This document shows, piece after piece, positions 42,909-59,710 of a DNA stretch of 64,000 nucleotides. Position numbers and translations under genes: made by a program. The stretch lies in NCBI RefSeq assembly GCF_009914755.1, contig NC_060933.1; one strand, 5' to 3'. The notes under the pieces are model-generated. The model worked only from the letters and a program-made list of their open reading frames with translations, did not search any database and had not been told where the DNA came from. Source of the DNA: the human T2T-CHM13v2.0 reference genome, Homo sapiens. Every line of letters begins with the position of its first letter. Within the stretch, counting starts at the first letter, position 1.

Positions 42909-45184
42909 TGTACTAGTCTGTTCTCACATGGCTGACATACCCAAGTGACTCACGCCTGTAATCCCAGCACTTTGGGGGGCTGAGGCGGGTAGATCACCTG
43001 AGGTCAGGAGTTCAGGACCAGCCTGACCAATATGGTGAAACCCCCATCTCTACTAAAAATACAAAAATTAGCTGGGCATAGTGGCGTGCACCTGTAATCC
43101 CAGCTACATGGGAGGCTGAGACAGGAGAATTGCTTGAACCCAGGAGGTGGAGGTTGCAGTGAGTAATTTTTGTAGTTTTTGTAGAAATGGGGTTTCGCCA
43201 CGTTGACCAGGCTGGTCTTGAACTCCTAATCTCAAGTGATCTGCCCCCGCTCAGCCTCCCAAAGTGTTTAGATTACAAACGTGAGTCGCTGCACCCGACC
43301 CCAAAGTCTTAACTCATTTTGACATTAACTCAAAAGTCCACAGTCCAAAGTCTCATCTGAGACAAGGCAAGTTTCCTCCGCCGATTAGCTTGTAAAATCA
43401 AAAGCAAGTTAGTTACTTCCTGGATTCAATGGGGGCACAGGCATTGGGTAAATACAGCCATTTCAAATGGGAGAAATTGGCCAAAATGAAGGGGCTACAG
43501 GCCCCATGCAAGTCTGAAATCCAGCGGGGTGGTCAAGTCTTAAAGCTCCACAATGATCTCCTTTGACTCCATGTCTCACGTCCAGGTCACACTGCTGCAA
43601 GAAGTGGGTTCCCATGGTCTTGGGCAACTCCACCCCTGTGGCTTTGCAGGGTACCTAGCCTCCCTCCGGTGTGCTTTCATGGGCTGGTGATGAGTGTCTG
43701 CAGCTTTTCCAGGAGAACGATGCAAACTGTGGGAGGATCTACTATTCTGGGGTATGGAGGACGGTGACCACCTTCTCACAGCTCCGCTAGGCAGCACCCC
43801 AGTGGGGACCCTTTGTGGGGGCTCCCACCCCACATTTCCCTTCCACACTGCCCTAGCAGAGGTTCTCCATGAGGGCCCCGCCCCTGCAGCAAATTTCTTC
43901 CTGCCCATCCAGGCATTTCCATACATCCTCTGAAATCTAGGCGGTGGTTCGCAAACCCTAGTTCTTGACTTCTGTGCACTCACAGGCTTAACATCATGTG
44001 GAAGCTTCCAAGGCTTGGGGCTTGCACCCTCTGAAACCATGGCCTGAGCTGTACCTTGGCTCATTTTAATCACAGCTGGAGTGGCTGGGATGCAGAGCAC
44101 CAAGTCCCTAGGCTGCACACAGCAAGGGGATGCTGGGCCCAGCCCACAAAACCACTTTTTCTTTCAAGGCCTCTGGGCCTGTGATGGGAGAGGCTGCTGT
44201 GAAGACCTCTGACATACCTTGGAGACATTTTCCCCCTCTGTCTTGGGGATTAACATTCCACTCTTCGTTACTTATGTAAATTTCTGTAGCTGGCTTGAAT
44301 TTCTCCTCAGAAAATGGGATTTTCTTTTCTATTGCATTGTCAGGATGCAAATTTTCTGAACTTTTATGCTCTGCTTCCCCTGTAAAAGTGAATGCTTTTA
44401 AGAGCACCCAAGTCACTTCTTGAAAGCTTTGCTGCTTAGAAATTTCTTCTGCCAGATACCCTAAATCATCTCTCTCAAGTTCAAAGTTCCACAAATCTCT
44501 AGGACAGGAGCAAAATGCTGCCAGTCTGTTTGCTAAAACGTAACAAGAGTCACCTTTGCTCCAGTTTCCAACAAGTTCCTCATCTCCATCTGAGACCACT
44601 TCAGCCTGAACTTTATTGTCCATATCACGATCAGCATTTTGGTCAAAGCCACTTAACAAGTCTCTAGGGAGTTCCAAACTTTCCCACATTTTCCTCTCTC
44701 CTTCTGAGCCCTCCAAACTGTTCCAGCCTCTGCCTGTTACCCAGTTCGAAAGTCGCTTCCACATTTTCGGATATCTTTTCAGCAGTGCCCCACTCTCCTG
44801 GTACCAATTTACTGTATTAGTCTGTTCTCACGCTGCTAATAAAGGCATACCTGAGACTGGGCAATTTACAAAGGAAAGGGGTTTATTGGACTTACAGTTC
44901 CATGTGGCTGGGGAGGCCTCACAATCATGGCAGAAGGCAAGGAGGAGCAAGTCACGTCTTATGTGAATGGCAGCAGGCAAATAGAGAGCTGGTGCAGGGA
45001 AACTCCCTTTTCTTTTAAAACCATCAGATCTCGTGAGACTTATTCACTTCCATGAGAACAGCATGGGAAAGACCCTCCCCTGTGATTCAATTACCTCTCA
45101 CCAGGTTCCTCCCATGACATGTGGGAATTGTGGGAGTTACAATTCAAGATAAGATTTGGGTGGGAACACAGCCAAACCGTATCA
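42909..45184 (-). mobile_element. THE1 (A/B-like) MaLR provirus: intact 5' LTR 44813-45184, internal region ~43280-44812, 3' LTR remnant 42909-42945
   Basis: TG...CA termini; 5-bp TSD TCTAC at 42904-42908 and 45185-45189; internal region starts GTAAATTGGTACCAG on the minus strand. Confidence 0.93.
44108..44689 (-). pseudogene. MaLR/THE1 internal ORF remnant
   Basis: MWESLELPRDLL...GDEELVGNWSKG...LWNFELERDDLGYLAEEISKQQS; departs from the recalled consensus after NPQD (apparent frameshift near 44235). Confidence 0.8.
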
Positions 45185-45511
45185 TCTACATTAAAAAAAA
45201 GATTAACTGGGTGTGGTGCTGCACATCTGTAGTCATAGCTACTCATCAGGAGGCTGAAATGGGAGGATTGTTTGAGCCCAGGAGTCTAAGGCTGTGGTGA
45301 GCTATAATGGCACCACTCTACTCTAGCCTGAGTGACAGAGTGAGATCCTGTCTCTTAAAATAAAATAATTATTTGGATTAATTTTTCATTCCTTTCAATG
45401 TGGTTGTGTTATCAGTTTGATAGCTTCATTGGCTCACATATCTTTATTGGTAAAGCTAGGCATTTAACCAAATCAGCGTGTGTATACACACACACACACA
45501 CACACACATAC

Positions 45512-45804
45512 TTTTTTTTTTTGGCGTAGTCTTCCTCTGTCACTCAGGCTAGGGTGCAGTGGCACTATCTTGGCTCACTGCAACCTCTGCCTCCGGGGTT
45601 CAAATAATTCTCATGCCTCAGCCTTCCAAGTATCTAGGACCACAGGCACGAGCCGCCACACCTGGCTAATTTTTTGTATTTTTAGTAGAGATGGGGTTTT
45701 GCTGTGTTGGCCAGGCTGGTCTCAAAACTCCTGACCTCAAATGATCTGCTCCCTGTGACCTCCCAAAGTGCTGGGATTACAGGCGTGAGCCAGCATACCC
45801 AGCC
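45512..45804 (-). mobile_element. AluS with adjacent (CA)n
   Basis: Antisense dimer; (CA)n at ~45486-45508. Confidence 0.9.
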
Positions 45805-46486
45805 AGTCAGTATATTTCATAATGGAAATTAAAAGTGATTCCTCTCTTGACTTTTAACCTTTAGATGCATATGCCTTCTTACGTAGTGTTGTTTGGACTT
45901 CTTAATGTTTAGAAGTTTTTAATTAGTTGCCAATATTTTAAAACTTGGACATTTATATAAAAATCCTGATTTCTTTAAAAAGGTAGAAAGGAAGCTCTGA
46001 TTTTTCCAAGTTCATTTGGCAACTATTGGATGGTTCCTAGTAGTAGTGGCAGCCTGCATTCTCTCTAGTTCCCACAACTCTTAATATCATGCCCAACGCC
46101 TTTTAAGCATTTGTTATTTGCATCCCTTCTTTATAACCCTCTTATGTATAAAACTTTCAGTGGCAGGTACAATGGTAGAGAATTAAACTAACTGCCTTGT
46201 GTTTTGAAAAAGGAACTGATTTTATCTGAAATGATTTCAGTTTTGTAGTTCTGTGACCCAGTCAACATGACTTTGATAATGCTTTCTAATGGTAGTTACC
46301 AAGCCCCTATTTTAAATTGCTTAAATGTAGCAAATAGCTTTGATAAAACTGTACTTTCTTTGTGGTTTAACAAAGTTCATCATTCATTTTGCATGGTTTG
46401 GGTTACCAGGGAACATACAGCTGTTTTTGAACCTTTAAAATATATCTTTTATTACAATGAGAGGAATTACATGAACTGCATTTAGT

Positions 46487-46538
46487 TTTTTTTATCTTTT
46501 TTTTGAGACAAGGTCTCACTCTGAGCGACCTAACCCAG
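46487..46538 (-). mobile_element. Ultra-short 5'-truncated Alu
   Basis: T-tail plus GAGACAAGGTCTCACTCTG; TSD TGCATTTAGT. Confidence 0.8.
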
Positions 46539-46869
46539 TGCATTTAGTCTTGTAATTGAAGTTAATAGTGTTTTGTTGATATTAATGGCATTTATTAGAA
46601 TGTGTGCTGTTCTAAACAGTAAGGTGGCTGAGCAAGGTGGCTCATTCCTGTAGTCCCAGTGCTTAGGGAGGCTGAGGCAGGTGGATTGCTTGAGCCCAGA
46701 AGTTCAGAACCAGCCTACGCAACATAGTGAGATACCATGTCTACAAAAAATATAAAAATTATAGTTGGAAAATGAATTTTAATTGTTAAACTGTATATCT
46801 AAGTTGATTTTTACAAGTCGTTTTATTTTTTCTCCAAAAACTTTTGTTAATACAAAGTATCAATATGGG

Positions 46870-47608
46870 TATGGCGAAAGAGAACTCTTGTACCCTATTG
46901 GTGGGAATGTAAATTGGAACAGCCATTATGGAGCACAATATGGAGGTTCTTCTCAAAATTAAAAATAGAACTACTGTACAATTCAGCAATCCCACTTCTA
47001 GGTATATATCCAAAGGAAGTGAAATCAGTAGATTGAAGAGATATCTGTACCCCCATGTTAATTGTAGCATTATTCACAATAGCTGAGATGTGGAAGTAAC
47101 GTTAGTGTCCATCGACGGATGAATGTGTAAAGAAATTGTGGCATACACACACACAGCAGAATACTATTTAGCCATAAAAAGAAGGAAATCCTGTCATTGG
47201 TGACATTATGGATGAAACTGGGAGATATTATGCTAAGTGAAATAAGCCAGATACAGAAAGACAAATATTGTATAGTCTCATTAATATGTGGAATCCAACA
47301 AGTTGAACTCATAAAAGCAGAGCATACAAGGGTGGTTGCTAGTGCCTGGGGAGGAGGTAGGGGAAATAGGGAAGGGATGTAATGTACAGCATGGTTACTA
47401 TAGTTGATTATACTGTATTGCTTACTTGAAATTTGATAAAGAGAGCAAATTGTAAGTGACCCATGGTCACTATGGGTGGTGGTGTTGATTGTGTTAATTT
47501 GACTGTGGTAGTCAGTACATAATGTGTATATATATACCAAATCATCATTTTATATACCTTGAATGTTATATATATATTTTTTCAATTACATGTTTTAAAA
47601 TTAAAAAG
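46870..47608 (+). mobile_element. L1MA/MB-like ORF2 C-terminus and 3' UTR
   Basis: GGTGGGAATGTAAATT; CAGCAATCCCACTTCTAGGTATATATCCAAAGGAA; ATGCTAAGTGAAATAAGCCAG. Confidence 0.88.
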
Positions 47609-47609
47609 T

Positions 47610-48183
47610 TGGCCGGGACCGGGTGTGGGGGCTCGTGCCTGTAACCCCCGCACTTTGGGAGGCTGAGGCGTGTAGATCATCTTGAGGTCAGGAGTTCAGG
47701 ACCAGCCTGGCCAATATGGTGAAACCCTGTCTGTACTAAAAATACAAAAATTAGCCAGGTGTGGTGGTGGTGGAGGGGGGGCCGCCTGTAATTCCAGCGA
47801 CTCGGGAGACTGAGGCAGGAGAGTCACTTGAACCCCGCTGGGGTGGAGGTTGCAGTGAGCCAAGATTGTGCCGTTGCACTCCAGCCTGGGTGGCAAGAGC
47901 GAAACTCTGTCTCAGTCTCAGTGGCTCAGGAGGTGGAGGCTGGAGGGCCACTTGAGGCCAGGAGTTCAAGACCAGCTTGGGTAGCATAGAGAGACCCTGA
48001 TCTCTACAAAAGTTAGAAAAAATTAGCTGGATATGGTGGTGCGTGCCTGTAGTCCCAGCTACTCAGGAGGCTGAGCTAGAAGGATCACTTGAGCCTGGGA
48101 GTTTGAGGCTGAAGTGAGCTATGATTGTGCCACTGCATTCCAGCCTGGGCAACAGAGTGAGATCCTGCCTCCAAAAAAAAAAA
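47610..48183 (+). mobile_element. Tailless AluS fused to AluJ
   Basis: ...TCTGTCTCAGTCTCAG runs directly into a second Alu. Confidence 0.88.
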
Positions 48184-48399
48184 TTTTTTTTAATGTAAAA
48201 ACCATCAAAATACTGTTATCTACACATCACTAATGTTTACAATCAACAGGTTTATACATTTATTTTAGGTAAATCTAAAGGCATCCTATATATACATTTT
48301 ATGTGAGAGGAAAGTATTAATAAAATCTGAAATTGAAAAGTAGCTTTTATTTCATACAGACTGGTTTTTATCAGGAATGAAGAAGGGTAATTTTTTAAT

Positions 48400-51723
<3,324 letters not shown>

Positions 51724-52997
51724 TAAGTTTTTATGGGTACATAGTAGGTGTATATATTTATGGGATACATGAGATATTTTGATACAGGCATACAGTGTGT
51801 GTTCACATCAGGGTAAATGGAGTATCCATCACTTCAAGTGTTTATCATTTCTTTGTTCGAACATTCCAATGGTACTTTTAGTTATTTTAAAATATACAAT
51901 AAATTATTGTTGACTGTAGTCATCCTGTTGTGCTATCAAATACTAGATCTTATTCATTCTAACCCTATTTTTGTATGCATTAACCGTCTCCATTCCGCCC
52001 CCGCCACCTCCCCACTGCCCTTTGCAGCGTCTGATAGCTATTATTCTATTTTCTGTTTCCATTAGTTTAATTGTTTTAAGTTGTAGCTCCCACAAATGAG
52101 TAAGTGAAGTGAAAACGTGAAGTTTGTGTTTCTGTGCCTGGCTTACTTTACTTAATATAATGACCTCCAGTTCTATCTATGTTGTTCTAAATGACACAAT
52201 CTTGCTCTTTTTTATGGCTGAATAGTACTCCGTTGGGTATATATACCATATTTTCTTTTCTTTTTTCTTTTTTTTTTTTTTTTGAGATGGAGTTTTGCTC
52301 TTGTTGCCCAGGCTGGAGTGCAGTGGCGCGATCTTGGCTCACTGCAGCCTCCGCCTCCCAGGTTCAAGCGATTTCTCCTGCCTTAGCCTCCCGAGTAGCT
52401 GGGATTACAGGCATGTCCCACCACTCCTGGCTAATTTTGTATTTTTAGTAGAGACGGAGTTTCTCCATGTTGGTCAGGCTGGTCTCAAACTCCTGACCTC
52501 AGGTGATCCGCCCGCCTCGGCCTCCCACAATGCTGGGATTACAGGCGTCAGCCACCACGCCTGGCTCGAATGCCACATTTTCTTTATCCATTTGTCTGTT
52601 GTTGAATAACTTAGGGTTGCTAAGTTGAAGCAACTTAGGTTCCTTCCAAATCTTGGCTATTGTGAATAGTGCTGCAATAAACATGGGAGTGTCAGTATTT
52701 CTTTGATGTACTGATTTCCTTTCTTTTTGGTATATATCTATCATAGGGGATTGCTGGATTGTATGATAGTTCTGTTTCTAATTTTTTGAGGAACCTCTAT
52801 ACTATTCTCCATAGTTACCATACTAGTTTGTGTTCCCACTAACAGTGTATGAGGGTTCCCTTTTCTTCATATCCTTGCCAGCATTTGTTATTGCCTGTCT
52901 TTTGGACCTAAGCCATTTTAACTGGTGTGAGATGATATCTCATTTTAGTTTTGATCAAAGAAATTTTGATGCATTTCTCTGATGACCAGTGATGTAG

Positions 52998-53393
<396 letters not shown>

Positions 53394-53657
53394 TGAACTC
53401 CTCACCTAGGTGATCCACCCGCCTTGGTCTCCCAAAGTGCTGTAATTACAGGTGTAAGCAACCATGCTCGGCCTATGTTCTGGTTATTAATACCTTATCA
53501 AATGGATAGTTTGCAAATATTTTCTCCCATCTGTAGGTTGTCTCTTCACTTTGTTGATTGTTTCCTTTGCTGTGCAGAAGCATTTTAACTTGATGTGATC
53601 CTATTTACCTATTTTTGCTTTGGTTACCTATGCTTTTGGGGTCGTAATCAAGAAATC

Positions 53658-53702
53658 CGGTCTGGATGACAGAGTGAGACCCTGTCTCAAAAAGAAAAAA
53701 GA
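53658..53702 (+). mobile_element. Ultra-short 5'-truncated Alu
   Basis: CTGGATGACAGAGTGAGACCCTGTCTC plus A-tail; flanks AAGAAATC / AAGAGATC. Confidence 0.8.
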
Positions 53703-54777
53703 AAGAGATCTTTCCCCAGACCAGTGTCCTGGAGAGTATCCCCAATATTTTCTTGTAGTAGTTTCATGGTTTGAGGTTTTAGACTTAAGTATTTGTCTTG
53801 ATTTGATTTTTGTATATGGTGAGAAATAGGGATCTAGTTTCCTTCTTCTGCATATTGATATCTAGTTTTCCCAGCAATATTTGTTAAAGAGACTGTCCTT
53901 TCCTCAATGTCTGTTCCTACCACCTTTGTCAAAAATAAGTTCGTTGTAGATGTATGGATTTATTTCTGGGTTCTCTATTGTGTTCCATTGGTCTCTGTGT
54001 CTTATTTTAATGCCACTGACATGCTGTTTGGCTACTATAGCTCTAGTATAATTTGAAGTCAGATAATGTGATTCTTCCAATTTTGTTTTTGCTCAGAATA
54101 GCTTTGACTATTCTGGGTCTTTTGTGGCTCCATATAAATTTTAGGATTTATTTTTCTATTTCTGTGGAAAATGTCATTGGTATTTTGATAGGGATTGCAT
54201 TTAATCTGTAGATTGTGTAGTATGGACTTTTTTTTTTTTTTAAACAACTTTGAGTCTTTCAATCCATGGACATGGAATATCTTTTTCCTTTTTTTTGGAG
54301 ATAGGGTCTCACACTATTGTACAGGCTGGAGTACAGTGGCACAATCACGGCTCACTGCAGTCTTGACCTCCTAGGCTCAAGAGATCTTCTCGCCTCAGCC
54401 TCCTCAGTACCTGAGGACTACAAGTGAATCCCACCAGGCCGGGCTAATTTTTTTTTTTTTACTCTTAGAGACAACTTCTTGCTATGTTGCCCAGCTTGGA
54501 CCCATTGGCTCACTCAAGCAGTCTTCCCACCTTGGCTTTCCAACATGCTGGGATACAGACATGAGCCACCATGCCTGGTCTCTTTCCGTTTTTTGTGTGT
54601 GTGTTCTCTTTAATTTCTTGAATCAATTATTTATTGTTTTAGTTGTAGCAATTTTTTACTTCTTTGATTATTAGGTTAACCTTAACTTAGGTTAACTTAT
54701 TAAGTACTTTATTTTATTTGTAGATACTGTAAATGGGAGTACTGTTTTCATTTCTTTTTCAGATGGGTCATTGTTGA

Positions 54778-55091
<314 letters not shown>

Positions 55092-55140
55092 TGACCTCAG
55101 GTGATCCACCCACCTCAGCCTCCCAGAGTGCTGGGATTAG

Positions 55141-55661
<521 letters not shown>

Positions 55662-56103
55662 TAAGAGTAATTTGACTAGTTCCTTTCCAATTTGGATGTC
55701 TTTATTTCTTCCTTATGTAATCGCTCTAGCTAGGACTTTCAGTACTATGTTGAATAACAGTATTGAAAGTGGGCATCCTTGTTGTGTTTCATATCTTAGA
55801 GGAAGGCTTTTAATATAATACTAAATGGGGAAAACAGTCTGTTATGGGTCTGTTGTATATAGCTCTTACTGTGTTAAGGTATGTTCCTTCTATAACCAAT
55901 TTTTGAGAGTTTTTGTCATGAAAGGATATTGAGTTTTATCAAATGCTTTTTCAACATCAATTGAAATGATCATATGGTTTTTGTCTTTTATTCTGTTGAT
56001 AGGCTGTATCACATTGATCGATTTGTTTATTTGGAACTATCCTTGTCTCCCTGGTTTAAATCCCACAGGGTCATGTTGAATAATCTTTTTAATACGTTGT
56101 TGA

Positions 56104-56379
<276 letters not shown>

Positions 56380-56413
56380 TGAGGAATTTTGCATCAATGT
56401 TCATTGGAGATAG

Positions 56414-56748
<335 letters not shown>

Positions 56749-57209
56749 TGATGTGTCTTTGTCTGGTTTTGGTAACAGGTTCATACTGGCCTTACAGAAT
56801 AAGTTTGGAAGTATTCTGTTCACTGTTTTTCAGAATAATTTGAGTAGGAATGGTATTAGTTCTTTAAATCTTTGGTAAAATTCAGCAGTGAAGCCATTAG
56901 GTCCTGGGCTTTTCTTGGCTGGGAGACTTCTTACTACTGCTTCAATCTCATTTTGTTGTTGGTCTTTTCAGGTTTTGGATGTCAGTATGGTTCGGTTTTG
57001 GTAGGTTGTATGTTTCTAGGAATTTAGCAGTTTCTTCTACGTTTTCCAGTTTATTGGTATATAGTTGCTCATAGTAGTTCCTTTTTTTTTTTTGAGACGG
57101 AGTCTCACCCTGTTATCCAGGCTAGAGTGCAGAATGCAATGGCGCAATTTCGGCTCACTACAACCTCCACCTCCCAGGTTCAAGTGATTCTCCTGCCTCA
57201 GCCTCTTAA

Positions 57210-57452
<243 letters not shown>

Positions 57453-58215
57453 TGAGCCTTCTCTCTTTTTTTCTTAGTCTGGCTAAAGGTTTGTCCATTT
57501 TGTTTATCTTTTCAAAACACCAAGTTTTTTTTTCCTTTCATCTTTTGTGTTTTTTCTGTTTCAATTTGATTTATTTCTGCTGTGATCTTTTTCTTCTACT
57601 AATTTTGGGTTTGGTTTGCTTTTGCTTTTCTAATTCTTTAAGATTCATTTTTAGGTTGTTTATTTGAAGTTTTTCTACTTTTTTGATGTAGGCACTTTTG
57701 CTATAAACTTTCTTCATAGTACTGTTTTTGCTGTATCCTGTAGGTTTTAGTATGTTGTGTTTCCATTTTCATTTGTTTCAAGAAATTTTAAAATTTTCTT
57801 TCTTTTTTTGAGACAAGGTCTCACTCTGTCACCCAGGCAGGAGTGCAGTGGCACAATTACAGCCACTGCCACCTTGACCTCTTGGGCTCAGGAGATTCTC
57901 CCACCTCAGCCTCCTAAATAGCTGGAACTACAGGTTTACACCACCAGGCCTGGCTAAGTTACTGTATTTTTTTTTAGAGTTGAGGTTCTACCATGTTGTC
58001 CAGGCTGGTCTCGCACTCTGGGGCTCAAGCAGTCTGTCCCCCTTGCTCTCCCAAAATGCTGGGATTACAGGTGTAAGCCACTGTGCTCGGCCAATTTTTT
58101 AAATTTTCCTTCTGAATCTCTTCATTGACCCAGTGGTCATTTAGGAACATATTCTTTAATTTCCATGTGTTTACGTAGTTCCCAAAGTTCCTCTTGTTAC
58201 TGATTTCTTTTTTAT

Positions 58216-59268
58216 TTTTATTTATTTATTTATTTTTTATTATACTTTAAGTTCTAGGGTACATGTGCACAACATGCAGGTTTGTTACATATGTATACAT
58301 GTGCCATGTTGGTGTGCTGTACCCATTAACTCATCATTTACATTAGGTATATCTCCTAATGCTATCCACCCCTCCTCCCCCTACCCCACGACAGGCCCCG
58401 GTGTGTGATGTTCCCCACCCTGTGTCCAAGTGTTCTTATTGTTCAATTCCCACCTATAAGTGAGAACATGCGGTGTTTGGTTTTCTGTCCTTGCGATAGT
58501 TTGTTCAGAATGATGGTTTCCAGCTTCATCCATGTCACTACAAAGGACAAGAACTCAACCTTTTTTATGGCTGCATAGTATTCCATGGTGTATATGTGCC
58601 ACATTTTCTTAATCCAGTCTATCATTGTTGGACATTTGGGTTGGTTCCAAGTCTTTACTATTGTGAATAGTGCCACAGTAAACATATGTGTGCATGTGTG
58701 TCTTTATAGCAGCATGATTTTTAATCCTTTGGGTATATACCCAGTAATGGGATGGCTGGGTCAAATGGTATTTCTAGTTCTAGATCCTTGAGGAATCGCC
58801 ACACTGTCTTCCACAATGGTTGAACTAGTTTACAGTCCCACCAACAGTGTAAAAGTGTTCCTATTTCTCCACATCCTCTCCAGCACCTGTAGTTTCCTGA
58901 CTTTTTAATGATCGTCATTCTAACTGGTGTGAGATGGTATCCCATTGTGGTTTTGATTTGCATTTCTCTGATGGCCAGTGATGATGAGCATTTTTTCATG
59001 TGTCTGTTGGCTGCATAAATATATCTTCTTTTGAGAGGTATTTGTTCATATCCTTCACCCACTTTTTGATGGGGTGGTTTGATTTTTTCTTGTAAATTTG
59101 TTTAAGTTCTTTGTAGATTCTGGATATTAGCCCTTTGTCAGATGGGTAGATTGTAAAAATTTTCTCCTGTTCTATAGGTTGCCTGTTCAATCTGATGGTA
59201 GTTTCTTTTGCTATGGAGAAGCTCTTTAGTTGAATTAGATCCCATTTGTCAATTTTGGCTTTTGTTGC
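58216..59268 (-). mobile_element. L1PA (PA4-6-like) 3' segment, non-inverted part
   Basis: TTATACTTTAAGTTCTAGGGTACATGTGCACAAC 3' end; ORF2 C-terminal peptides in the ORF track ([36 protein letters not shown]). Confidence 0.95.
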
Positions 59269-59710
59269 AAAAAACAGGCTGCATTGCCAAGACAATCCTA
59301 AGCCAAAAGAACAAAGCTGGAGGCATCATGCTACGTGACTTCAAACTATACTACAAGGCTACAGTAACCAAAACAGCATGGTACTGGTACCAAAACAGAG
59401 ATATAGACCAATGGAACAGAACAGAGCCCTCAGAAATAATACCACACATCTACAACCATCTGATCTTTGACAAACCTGACAAAAACAAAAAATGGGGAAA
59501 GGATTCCTTATTTAATAAATGGTGCTGGGAAAACTGGCTAGCCGTATGTAGAGGGCTGAAACTGGATCCCTTCCTTACACCTTATACAAAAATTAATTCA
59601 AGATGGATTAAAGACTTAAATGTTAGACCTAAAACCATGAAAACCCTAGAAGAAAACCTAGGCAGTACCATTCAGGACATAGGTATGGGCAAGGACTTCA
59701 TGACTAAAAC
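59269..59710 (+). mobile_element. Inverted 5' segment of the same L1PA (ORF2 fragment, frame open)
   Basis: Encodes [15 protein letters not shown]...[24 protein letters not shown]...[11 protein letters not shown]; 17-bp TSD ACTGATTTC...TTTTAT at 58199-58215 and 59709-59725. Confidence 0.95.

Larger units (their letters stand above)
42790..45368 (+). mobile_element. AluJ split by THE1 insertion
   Basis: Left arm 42790-42908; linker and right arm resume at 45185. Confidence 0.88.
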
